25,431 nt of DNA, taken from positions 1 to 25,431 of the forward strand of contig CBFIDD010000007.1 of the NCBI GenBank assembly GCA_965661285.1, written 5' to 3'. A program made the position numbers and the translations under genes. Of the stretch, positions 18,107 to 25,431 are shown one piece after another. The notes below the pieces were generated by a model, which was given only the letters and a program-made list of their open reading frames with translations, was not told the DNA's origin and did no database searches. This stretch comes from Poseidonia sp. Its GTDB lineage: Archaea > Thermoplasmatota > Poseidoniia > Poseidoniales > Poseidoniaceae. The stretch's first letter is position 1. The number at the start of each line of letters is the position of its first letter.

Positions 18107-18898
18107 TCACATCTCGGGCTCCGATTCAAGGTGTTCGTACTCGATGAGAACGACGTGCTCGACATCAATGGTGTCCTGACCTTCTTCGTAATTCACTCGG
18201 AGTTCATGAACCTCGTCAGTGTTGAAATGCACCGTTTTCCACGAGGCTGAACCGCCCTCTTCCACCGTGCCGGGTTGCGACTGACAGGCTTCTTGCGTCT
18301 CGTCGATGAGCGCCCACGACACCTCCACGTCCTGTCCACCCCCGATGTTGTTGATGAGTTCTGGATTGTGAACCGTGGACTCGATGACGATGACGCTGGC
18401 GGTTTCATCACCCACCTCCCGACGGGTGTCCAACGGCATGGTCAGAGGATCGTTGGTGGCCGATTCACGCCAAATGATGTGTTTTTCAATGCGAACGACG
18501 ACCTCGCTGAGATGACGTGAGTCGCTGCCGCGCTCATCAGTCGTGTCCTGGTAGTCTGCGATGAGGTCCAGTGCATGGAAGCCATGGTGCTTGAATTCCA
18601 CCTCAACCACGGTTGTTTGTGTGGCGTCCACCGTCTCAGCGACGTGGGTGCCCATGACCGAATAGGCGACAAAGGGCGATGGTGCAGTGGACTCGTTGAA
18701 ATCGAAGGACAGGACGGGGTAGTTCGTTTCCACGAGTTCGCCATCTTCCCACACCTCGACGATCGTCGCGTTGGTGGATTCGTAAACCGCCTCGTCGGCA
18801 TAAACGAAGTCGTTTTCGAGGTTCCCACCGATGCAGCCGGCCAGCATGCTCGAAAGCATGAGGGTGGCTGTCAAGGCGGTGCCGATGAAGAAGCGCAC
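18107..18898 (-). CDS. Hypothetical lipoprotein
   Basis: Lipobox MLAGC and acidic beta-rich body. GTG at 18898 chosen because TTAAGC lies at -29 and the longer ORF would overlap the divergent gene. Confidence 0.75.
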   Translation of the reverse strand: MRFFIGTALTATLMLSSMLAGCIGGNLENDFVYADEAVYESTNATIVEVWEDGELVETNYPVLSFDFNESTAPSPFVAYSVMGTHVAETVDATQTTVVEVEFKHHGFHALDLIADYQDTTDERGSDSRHLSEVVVRIEKHIIWRESATNDPLTMPLDTRREVGDETASVIVIESTVHNPELINNIGGGQDVEVSWALIDETQEACQSQPGTVEEGGSASWKTVHFNTDEVHELRVNYEEGQDTIDVEHVVLIEYEHLESEPEM

Positions 18899-19001
18899 GA
18901 AATTCCTCAGTACCGCCTCGTGCTTAAGGTCCGTGGTTGGCAACAACGAAGCGTGCAAGCCTCGCTGATTCCTTATGTACCCTAGGCGATTGGTTGGAGA
19001 C

Positions 19002-20213
19002 ATGAGCGACATCGAATGCCCGAATTGTAAACAAGTTTTCGAAATGGATGCGGCAGGTTATGCCTCCATCCAAAGTCAAGTTCGAACGGCTGAATTTGAA
19101 GCCGAACTCAACACGCGCTTGGAAGAGGCGAGGCGTACGCACGAGCTCGCGATTGAACTTGCCGAATCGACCATGAGCAAAAAGAAAGACGAGGAATACG
19201 CCAACAAAGAAAAGCAGATTCAGCGGCTCAAAGGCGAGCTGGAAAAGAAGGACATGGAGAAGCAAATGGCCGTGAACGAAGCCACGTCCACCCTGCAGAG
19301 TCAAATCTCAGACCTCCAAAACAAAGTCAACAACGCCGGTACGGAAAAGGCGCTGTTGGAAAAAACCCTGGTTGAAAAACACCAGATGGAACTGACCACG
19401 CGGGACAAAATCATCCAGATGAAAGAGGAAGAAATCGAGCTTCGCAAAGAGATGAAAATGAAACTCAGCACGAAGATGCTCGGTGAAACCCTGGAGCAGC
19501 ACTGCGAACTTGAGTTCAACAAACTCCGACCGACCGCCTTCCCAACGGCCTACTTCGAGAAGGACAACGATGCCTCGGGAGGCACGAAAGGCGATTACAT
19601 CTTCAAGGAAGCCGACGAAAACGATGTTGAATTCATCAGCATCATGTTCGAGATGAAGAACGAAGGCGAGACGACCAAGACGAAGAAGAAAAACGAAGAT
19701 TTCCTCGAAAAACTCGACAAGGACCGCAAGGCCAAAGGATGCGAATACGCCGTGCTCGTGTCCATGCTCGAGCCGGACAACGAGTTGTACAACGGCATCG
19801 CCGACATGTCACACAAGTACGAGAAGATGTACGTGGTTCGCCCGCAGTTCTTCATTCCCATCATCACGCTTCTGCGCAACGCTGCCCTGAAGTCGATTGA
19901 AATCCGAAACGAGTTGGCGGTCATCCGGTCGCAGAATGTCGACGTTGAGAACTTCGAGGCCGACCTCAAGGAGTTCCAAGAGAAGTTCAGCCGTAACTAC
20001 GACCTCGCCTCGCGCCAGTTCATGGAGGCCATCAAGCGGATTGACAAGTCCATCGACGAGTTGCAAAAGACCAAGGAACAGTTGCTCAAATCCGGAAATA
20101 ACTACCGCCTGGCCAACGACAAAGCCCAGGACCTCACGGTGAGGAAATTGACCCGCAACAACCCGACCATGCGAGAGAAATTCGACGCCGCGAACGACGA
20201 TTCGGAAGACTGA
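19002..20213 (+). CDS. DUF2130 family coiled-coil protein
   Basis: N-terminal CPNC, long coiled coil, and motifs LSTKMLGETLEQHC, FEKDNDAS-GTKGDYIF, SIMFEMKNE, YEKMYVVRPQFF. Confidence 0.85.
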   Translation: MSDIECPNCKQVFEMDAAGYASIQSQVRTAEFEAELNTRLEEARRTHELAIELAESTMSKKKDEEYANKEKQIQRLKGELEKKDMEKQMAVNEATSTLQSQISDLQNKVNNAGTEKALLEKTLVEKHQMELTTRDKIIQMKEEEIELRKEMKMKLSTKMLGETLEQHCELEFNKLRPTAFPTAYFEKDNDASGGTKGDYIFKEADENDVEFISIMFEMKNEGETTKTKKKNEDFLEKLDKDRKAKGCEYAVLVSMLEPDNELYNGIADMSHKYEKMYVVRPQFFIPIITLLRNAALKSIEIRNELAVIRSQNVDVENFEADLKEFQEKFSRNYDLASRQFMEAIKRIDKSIDELQKTKEQLLKSGNNYRLANDKAQDLTVRKLTRNNPTMREKFDAANDDSED

Positions 20214-20219
20214 GTCCCC

Positions 20220-21209
20220 TCAGCCCAGCCACGCCGTCAACTGGCCCTTCGCATCGGGCCACGCCGCCGGCTCCAACGCATCGGTCAGATGCAAGCCCGC
20301 CAAGAATTGTGCATGAATCGAGGCCCATTCTGTCTCATCCTCCAGCCCTCGCCATCGGAAGAGCGGTGCACCCTCTTGTTCTAAGCGGTCAACGAAACCA
20401 CGCTGCGCTGCAGAAATCAGCAGTACGGGCGTGCCCAATAGAGCCGCCTCGCTGGCGAGCGTGACCGATTGCGTGATGACGCCGTCATGAGCGGCCACTT
20501 CACGGTCGAGTCTCCACGGGTCGCCTTCGTAGCCGTTCTCATCGGCATTCGTGATCCTCAAACCGTCCAGCGCATCTTCCGGCAGGGCCACAATCTCATC
20601 CTCATCGTGAACCCCCCCGCCGGCCAAGCGACGAACCAGCACCCGAGGCGGAGAAGAAACGGCCGATGGACGGCGATGCGGTACGAGATGAACGTGGCCA
20701 TGCAGCCCGTCCAAGCGATGGACGCTGCCGCCAAACGAATCAAGGAAGCCACCGTCGAGGTCCGCCCGCCAGTGCGTCGGGACGACGACGTGCGTGGCGC
20801 TCTTCATGGCGAGCCGATGGGCGAGGTGGTTCACCTCGGTGTCCGTGATGTACCAGCGTTCCTCCACGCTTGAGCCTCGCCACCATCGGGGTTTGGCCGC
20901 CATCATCTCCAAGGCCGCCCCCACGCCCACGATGCGTTTCACGGGCCCTTGGCCGTCCTTGCCGGCGGCCTTGAGAAATCGCTGGACACTTCGCAGGCGG
21001 TAGACCGCTTTTCGCTTCCGCCCATCGCCCACGGGCCGAGGCACCCAGAGCGTTTGACGACGGGGCAAACGCCCGTCGCCCTGCTCGAGCATGGCCCGAA
21101 CTTCCGGACGCTCACACGCCACGATGAGGTCGGCCGTCGTGCCGTTTCGCAAGAACTCAGCCAGCAGCCGCACGTGGGCCGGATGGTCGAGAACCCAGCA
21201 GGTGCGCAT
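20220..21209 (-). CDS. DUF354-like GT-B fold protein (putative glycosyltransferase)
   Basis: N-terminal W-x-x-DHPAHV, TDTE, and TLASEAALLGTPV typical of DUF354/GT-B proteins. Confidence 0.7.
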   Translation of the reverse strand: MRTCWVLDHPAHVRLLAEFLRNGTTADLIVACERPEVRAMLEQGDGRLPRRQTLWVPRPVGDGRKRKAVYRLRSVQRFLKAAGKDGQGPVKRIVGVGAALEMMAAKPRWWRGSSVEERWYITDTEVNHLAHRLAMKSATHVVVPTHWRADLDGGFLDSFGGSVHRLDGLHGHVHLVPHRRPSAVSSPPRVLVRRLAGGGVHDEDEIVALPEDALDGLRITNADENGYEGDPWRLDREVAAHDGVITQSVTLASEAALLGTPVLLISAAQRGFVDRLEQEGAPLFRWRGLEDETEWASIHAQFLAGLHLTDALEPAAWPDAKGQLTAWLG

Positions 21210-21285
21210 GGTTGGGGGAAAAGGTGCCTGCCCTCAAGGCATCGCATGGGAGAAGTTGATGGGCGAGTTCGGTGGGTCGGTGTGC

Positions 21286-21657
21286 ATGAGCAAAATCGGC
21301 ATCAGCCCGCCCGGAACCAAAACCTACGCCCCTTACACACCCGCCGTGGTGGTCGGCAACCACGTCTGGCTCTCGGGCCAAATCAACATCGATGCCGGCG
21401 ACGACATCGCCTCCCAAACCCAAGGCACGCTTGACAAAATCGATGGTTTACTGGCCGAGGCTGGCGTCTCCAAGCACGACCTGGTGTTCGTCCAAGTTCT
21501 GCTCAAAACAATGGATTTCTACGCCCCGATGAACGATGTGTACGGTGCGTGGCTGGAAGGCGTGGACATCAAGCCCACCCGAGCCGCCTTTGCTGTTGAT
21601 GCCCTGCCCGCCGATGCCCTCGTGGAAATCGTCGTTCAAGCCGTGAAGCAGGATTGA
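21286..21657 (+). CDS. ridA: RidA/YjgF/UK114 family enamine/imine deaminase
   Basis: Motifs PYTPAV...LSGQ, MNDVY, PTRAAFAV-ALP...VEI; catalytic Arg present. Confidence 0.9.
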   Translation: MSKIGISPPGTKTYAPYTPAVVVGNHVWLSGQINIDAGDDIASQTQGTLDKIDGLLAEAGVSKHDLVFVQVLLKTMDFYAPMNDVYGAWLEGVDIKPTRAAFAVDALPADALVEIVVQAVKQD

Positions 21658-21658
21658 G

Positions 21659-21841
21659 ATGCCTGGCTCGCCCTACCTTGACCAACCGCCGAAGGGCTTG
21701 TGGACGTGGCCACGCTTGTTGCGCGTGGTGGGTCTGCCAACAACGGCCTTTCTGGCCGCCTGTGCCTATCACGGGGTGCTGCTGGAAGCGCTGGTCATCA
21801 TCACGGTAACGATGGTGGCGGTCAACTGGATGGTGCGATAA
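21659..21841 (+). CDS. Small membrane protein, 60 aa, two TM helices
   Basis: Starts 1 nt after the ridA stop and has two hydrophobic segments. Confidence 0.65.
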   Translation: MPGSPYLDQPPKGLWTWPRLLRVVGLPTTAFLAACAYHGVLLEALVIITVTMVAVNWMVR

Positions 21842-21880
21842 ATCGCGAGGATTGAAAGCCGAAAGCCTCTCCGTCACGTC

Positions 21881-23338
21881 ATGGAGACCTGGCCCGAAGC
21901 CTGCTTCAAAGCCTACGATATTCGCGGATTTGCCAACGGTGACGGCACGGGAGAATTGAACCCCGAGTTTGCCTACCGACTGGGCCGCGCCCTGGCGACC
22001 TACCTTGAATGCGAATCCTACGCCGTTGGGCGGGACATCCGCGATTCATCGCCTGCGCTCGCCACGCAACTCATGGCCGGTCTGGCCGACGGTGGCGTCG
22101 AAGTGTGGGACCTCGGCATCGTGTCGACCGGGTGCGTTTACCACGCCTGCTGGACGCTGCCCGTGAACGGTGGCGTGATGGTTACCGCCAGTCATTTGCC
22201 CATGCCCACGCACAACGGCTTCAAGATGTGCCGAGGCACCTTGCCGCTGGCCGGAGAAGAAATTCAGGAACTGAAAGACGTCTTCCTCAAGGGCGACTTC
22301 CGAGAAGGCGCAGGCGAGGTGGTCGACCACCCGCACATGGACGCCTACCTCGATGCCATCATCGCTTCAACCGGGCCGCTGGCCCGTACCGTCAAGGTCG
22401 CCGTGGATTGCGGCAACGCCGTGCCCGGGCCGTTCATGGTCGAACTGCTCGACAAGATGGGTGTCGAGCACGTTGACCTGTACTGCGACTGGGACGCCAC
22501 CGAACCCAACCACGGTGCCGACCCCACCCGACCCAAGAACATGGTCGACCTCGGGAAGGCCGTCGTGGACCACGGATGCGAATTCGGCATGGGTGCTGAC
22601 GGCGACGGCGACCGCATTGGAGCGGTTGACGAAGAAGGTCGTTTCATCTATCCTGACCGACTCATCGCGCTGCTTGCAGACGACCTGCTCAAGGACGAGG
22701 ACGAAATCCCCGAGGATGCAGCGGACGACGAACACCTGCGCATCGTCTACGACGTGAAGTGTTCCATGAACGTGGAACAAGCCATTCTCGAAGCCGGAGG
22801 ACGCCCCGTCATGGCTCGCACCGGCCACTCGTTCATGAAGCGGGTCTTGGCCAGTATGCCCGACTGCAAAATGGCGGCCGAAATGAGCGGCCACATCTTC
22901 CTCGCTGACCGTGGATGGTACGGCTTTGATTGCTCGCTCTACAATGCGGCTCGCCTCATCGAGCTGTGGTCGCGCCAAGCGCCCACCGGCGACGGCGGTC
23001 CTACCTTTTCGAGCGAACTCGACCGGCTCGCTCCGCCCTTGCCCACCACGGGTGAGGTCAAAGTGCCGTGCGCTGAGGAGGACAAGTTGGAGGTCGTGGC
23101 GACCATCACCGAGGCCTTTGCAGAAATGGAATGCTCCACCGTGGACGGTGTGCGGGTGCGATTCAACAACGAGGACGACGAATACGTCGGCTGGTACCTG
23201 GCGCGTAAATCCAACACCGAGCCGGTGCTCGTGATGCGAATGGAAGCGACCAGCGATGAACAACTGGCCACGATGAAAGCATTGGCCGACGAGCGGGTCA
23301 GCGGGATCATCAACATCGAGAAGCTGCTCAACGCCTAA
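21881..23338 (+). CDS. Phosphomannomutase/phosphoglucomutase
   Basis: Motifs FKAYDIRG, TASH (phosphoserine), DGDGDR (metal loop), AEMSGH, RKSNTEP. Confidence 0.95.
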   Translation: METWPEACFKAYDIRGFANGDGTGELNPEFAYRLGRALATYLECESYAVGRDIRDSSPALATQLMAGLADGGVEVWDLGIVSTGCVYHACWTLPVNGGVMVTASHLPMPTHNGFKMCRGTLPLAGEEIQELKDVFLKGDFREGAGEVVDHPHMDAYLDAIIASTGPLARTVKVAVDCGNAVPGPFMVELLDKMGVEHVDLYCDWDATEPNHGADPTRPKNMVDLGKAVVDHGCEFGMGADGDGDRIGAVDEEGRFIYPDRLIALLADDLLKDEDEIPEDAADDEHLRIVYDVKCSMNVEQAILEAGGRPVMARTGHSFMKRVLASMPDCKMAAEMSGHIFLADRGWYGFDCSLYNAARLIELWSRQAPTGDGGPTFSSELDRLAPPLPTTGEVKVPCAEEDKLEVVATITEAFAEMECSTVDGVRVRFNNEDDEYVGWYLARKSNTEPVLVMRMEATSDEQLATMKALADERVSGIINIEKLLNA

Positions 23339-23351
23339 GGAGAAATGAACC

Positions 23352-23783
23352 ATGTCTGAAGCCCTCCACACTCAATTTCTGCGCCTGATTGCCAACCACC
23401 CCGAAGCCCGCCCTGAAATCACAGGGAAACTGGGTAAAGTCAGAACCATCAGGAAATCCGTTTCCACAGGCGTCTACATGATTTACGTGGTGAGGGCGAA
23501 AACTGCTCGTGTTGAGATGTGGATTTACAGAGGCTCCAAACCTCACCATATTGACGAGGCAAAGGCCATCCACGAACATTTTGTTTCGAAAAGAGGGGCG
23601 ATTGAAGAGGCCTTCGGTGAACCCCTGGTTTGGAATCACGGTCGAAGGAAATCGGCCTATAGCATCCAGTTTGATTATGACGACTTCAATTTGGCAGACA
23701 CATCAAAGTGGAACACGTGGGCTGACGCCATGGTCACCGACATGAATCGGTTGGACGATGCCCTCAAGCCACACTACCTGTGA
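23352..23783 (+). CDS. DUF4268-like domain protein
   Basis: Pattern ARVEMWI...KAIHEHF...IEEAFGEPLVW...I resembles DUF4268. SD AGGAGA upstream; lower GC than flanks. Confidence 0.6.
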   Translation: MSEALHTQFLRLIANHPEARPEITGKLGKVRTIRKSVSTGVYMIYVVRAKTARVEMWIYRGSKPHHIDEAKAIHEHFVSKRGAIEEAFGEPLVWNHGRRKSAYSIQFDYDDFNLADTSKWNTWADAMVTDMNRLDDALKPHYL

Positions 23784-23786
23784 AAA

Positions 23787-24485
23787 TCAAATATCGCTGG
23801 TATCGATGTACGGCGCAATGGTGTAGTCGAAGACCATCAATTCAACGGTGTAGTCCACCGTTTCGCCACCATCGGAGCGCTGTCCACAAAGCGGGTTGCC
23901 CTCATTTCCTGCTTGCGCAGCCACCGATATGCTGACGGAATGGTCGCCAAGACCGGCACCCATGGAATCGATTTGAGCCTCAATCTCACTCATGGAGAGT
24001 CCGGAAACGACGGCTCCGACCATGGATTCGTTGTACCATATGGCCATGGCGTCGTGGGAGCCTGAACCACCATCGTTCTGTCCGTCAGCCGAGCCGTTGA
24101 ATTCGAGGTGGCTCGCTGTTCCTGTGATGGTGTCAGGCGCGTCAGAACCTGTGCACAGAGGACCATCGTTTCCGGTTTCGTCTTCACCGTAGGACATGCT
24201 GATGCGAACGCCCACGATGTTCAGTTCGTCGGCGTTGTTGACCGCATCGGTGTTGAATGTGTCCGACCACGTGTCGCCGTCAGCGATGGGTTCGGAACCC
24301 GAATCGAGGAGCACATAGGTGATCTCCCCGTTCACCTGGTAGTCAGCGACACCGCCGCCGAGGCTGCCGTCAGCACTGCCAGCGGCCATGCCGAAGTAGA
24401 TGGGGAACGCGAGGACGAAGAACAGAATGCTGCCGACCGTGATTTGAGCATCACGGTTTGTTTTCAGGTCTTCCATCGAGTACAC
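23787..24485 (-). CDS. Hypothetical membrane-anchored extracellular protein (start uncertain: 24476, 24485 or 24530)
   Basis: N-terminal TM helix and acidic Gly/Ser-rich beta domain with two PLC motifs. GGAGG lies 8 nt before GTG at 24485. Confidence 0.75.
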   Translation of the reverse strand: MYSMEDLKTNRDAQITVGSILFFVLAFPIYFGMAAGSADGSLGGGVADYQVNGEITYVLLDSGSEPIADGDTWSDTFNTDAVNNADELNIVGVRISMSYGEDETGNDGPLCTGSDAPDTITGTASHLEFNGSADGQNDGGSGSHDAMAIWYNESMVGAVVSGLSMSEIEAQIDSMGAGLGDHSVSISVAAQAGNEGNPLCGQRSDGGETVDYTVELMVFDYTIAPYIDTSDI

Positions 24486-24571
24486 ACGGTCGTCCTCCAA
24501 CCACTCCGATAGGGTAGCATTCTCTATCACTTTCGGTCAACGGCCCATGCAGACGCTCGCGCCCCGAGGGG

Positions 24572-25431
24572 TCAATCGCCGCCGTTTTCCGGGTCATCTT
24601 CGCCGCCCTCGCCCTCGCTATCGGCGTCGTCTTCGTCGTCTTCCTCATTGTCGTCGTCCTTCACCAAGGCGAGGAAGTTGTTGATGGCGGCAACGCCCAA
24701 GAACATCACGATGAGCAGCAGCGGGAAGCACAGCCAGTACATGTCAAAGGATTCTTCTTCAGGAGGTTCAGGCAAAACGAATTGCTCAACCTCCGTTTCG
24801 TTGCGCACCGATTCTACGGTCAGGTTGGCTTCTGCTCGCACTTCGAGAATCACGTAGAGTTCGACCGGCACCATCTCGCCCAGCGCCGTGATGGTGTAGT
24901 TCGTCTCGTTGGACGCTTCGGTCGGTGTACCGGAGATGCGACCGTTTTCGAAGGCGAGGCCCTTTGGCAGGGTTGGTGTGATGGACCACACGGGGTTTTG
25001 GTTATTGCCAAAGTAGTAAATCGGGGTCAACGTCGGCATCGTTTCGTTCACGTCGAGCACGACGCGGGTCACCGGGTAGCGAGCATAGAACGTTGGCTGG
25101 TTCACGGTTAAGTTGAACGTCGCAGAAGCCGAGCCGCCCGAATTGTTGGCCCAGACGGTGTAGGTTGTCTGGCTGAGGTTCGTGGTCGCCACGCCGACAA
25201 CGTACCCGTTCACGAAGATCAAGCCGGGTGGCAGGGCGGGTTCAATCGACCAGTTGTCGGCCACGCCACCGCTCAAAACAGGCACGATACGGCCGCGTGA
25301 GACGCCGTTGACCAGCGTGATCTCAGCCTCGGGGTAGTCGATGATGACGACCGGCTCGATGACTTCGATGGTGAAGGTTGTGTTGGCCGAGCCGCCCGAG
25401 TTGTTGGCCCATATCGTGAACGTCGTCTCAG
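24572..25431 (-). CDS. C-terminal part of a putative Ig-domain (He_PIG-like) repeat surface protein; 5' end outside window
   Basis: Frame open to the window end. Repeated WSI-P-LP-GL-F-NG-I-G-P and WANNSGGSA motifs, C-terminal TM helix and acidic tail. Confidence 0.85.
   Translation of the reverse strand, partial: ETTFTIWANNSGGSANTTFTIEVIEPVVIIDYPEAEITLVNGVSRGRIVPVLSGGVADNWSIEPALPPGLIFVNGYVVGVATTNLSQTTYTVWANNSGGSASATFNLTVNQPTFYARYPVTRVVLDVNETMPTLTPIYYFGNNQNPVWSITPTLPKGLAFENGRISGTPTEASNETNYTITALGEMVPVELYVILEVRAEANLTVESVRNETEVEQFVLPEPPEEESFDMYWLCFPLLLIVMFLGVAAINNFLALVKDDDNEEDDEDDADSEGEGGEDDPENGGD

Noticed and set aside
18091-18110. Cys-Cys-TGA (and Cys-TGA at the end of znuA) as selenocysteine read-through
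   Set aside because: TGA is the usual stop in this window, the domains are complete at the stop, and no SECIS-like element was seen.
17590-18168. N-terminal extension making znuA 1004 aa in the ORF track
   Set aside because: It overlaps the NikR-like gene in antisense and crosses the AT-rich promoter. The signal peptide and lipobox begin at ATG 17589.
21091-21285. N-terminal extension of RidA to 188 aa
   Set aside because: It overlaps the divergent DUF354-like gene. The RidA domain starts at ATG 21286, giving a typical 123-aa protein.

Overview
Archaeal chromosomal window. Gene content and style (FtsZ2, intron-containing tRNA-Tyr with C1-G72, PGF-CTERM protein, membrane-anchored M14 peptidase, Ig-repeat surface protein, acidic proteins, roughly 60% GC by eye) suggest Marine Group II / Ca. 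Poseidoniales; this assignment is inferred. Bases 1-1084 are a lower-GC segment (about 40-45% in hand-counted sample lines) starting exactly at the 3' CCA end of tRNA-Tyr(GTA). It carries a chain of translationally coupled micro-ORFs, three of them Cys-rich, and is most likely the edge of an integrated virus or element whose attachment site lies inside one of its own reading frames. The rest is host backbone: ftsZ2, hisS, an M14 carboxypeptidase plus NSS transporter unit, mscS, uppS, Nudix, DUF2130, DUF354-like, RidA, PMM/PGM, DUF4268 and an Ig-repeat protein. The standout host locus is a metal ABC uptake system. Its ZnuA-type lipoprotein has a ~500-aa insertion containing His/Asp/Glu repeats, a duplicated Cys module and four EF-hands. 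The locus also has an unannotated 33-aa membrane peptide and a divergent NikR-family regulator with an altered metal site, and two inverted repeats overlap the two divergent promoters.
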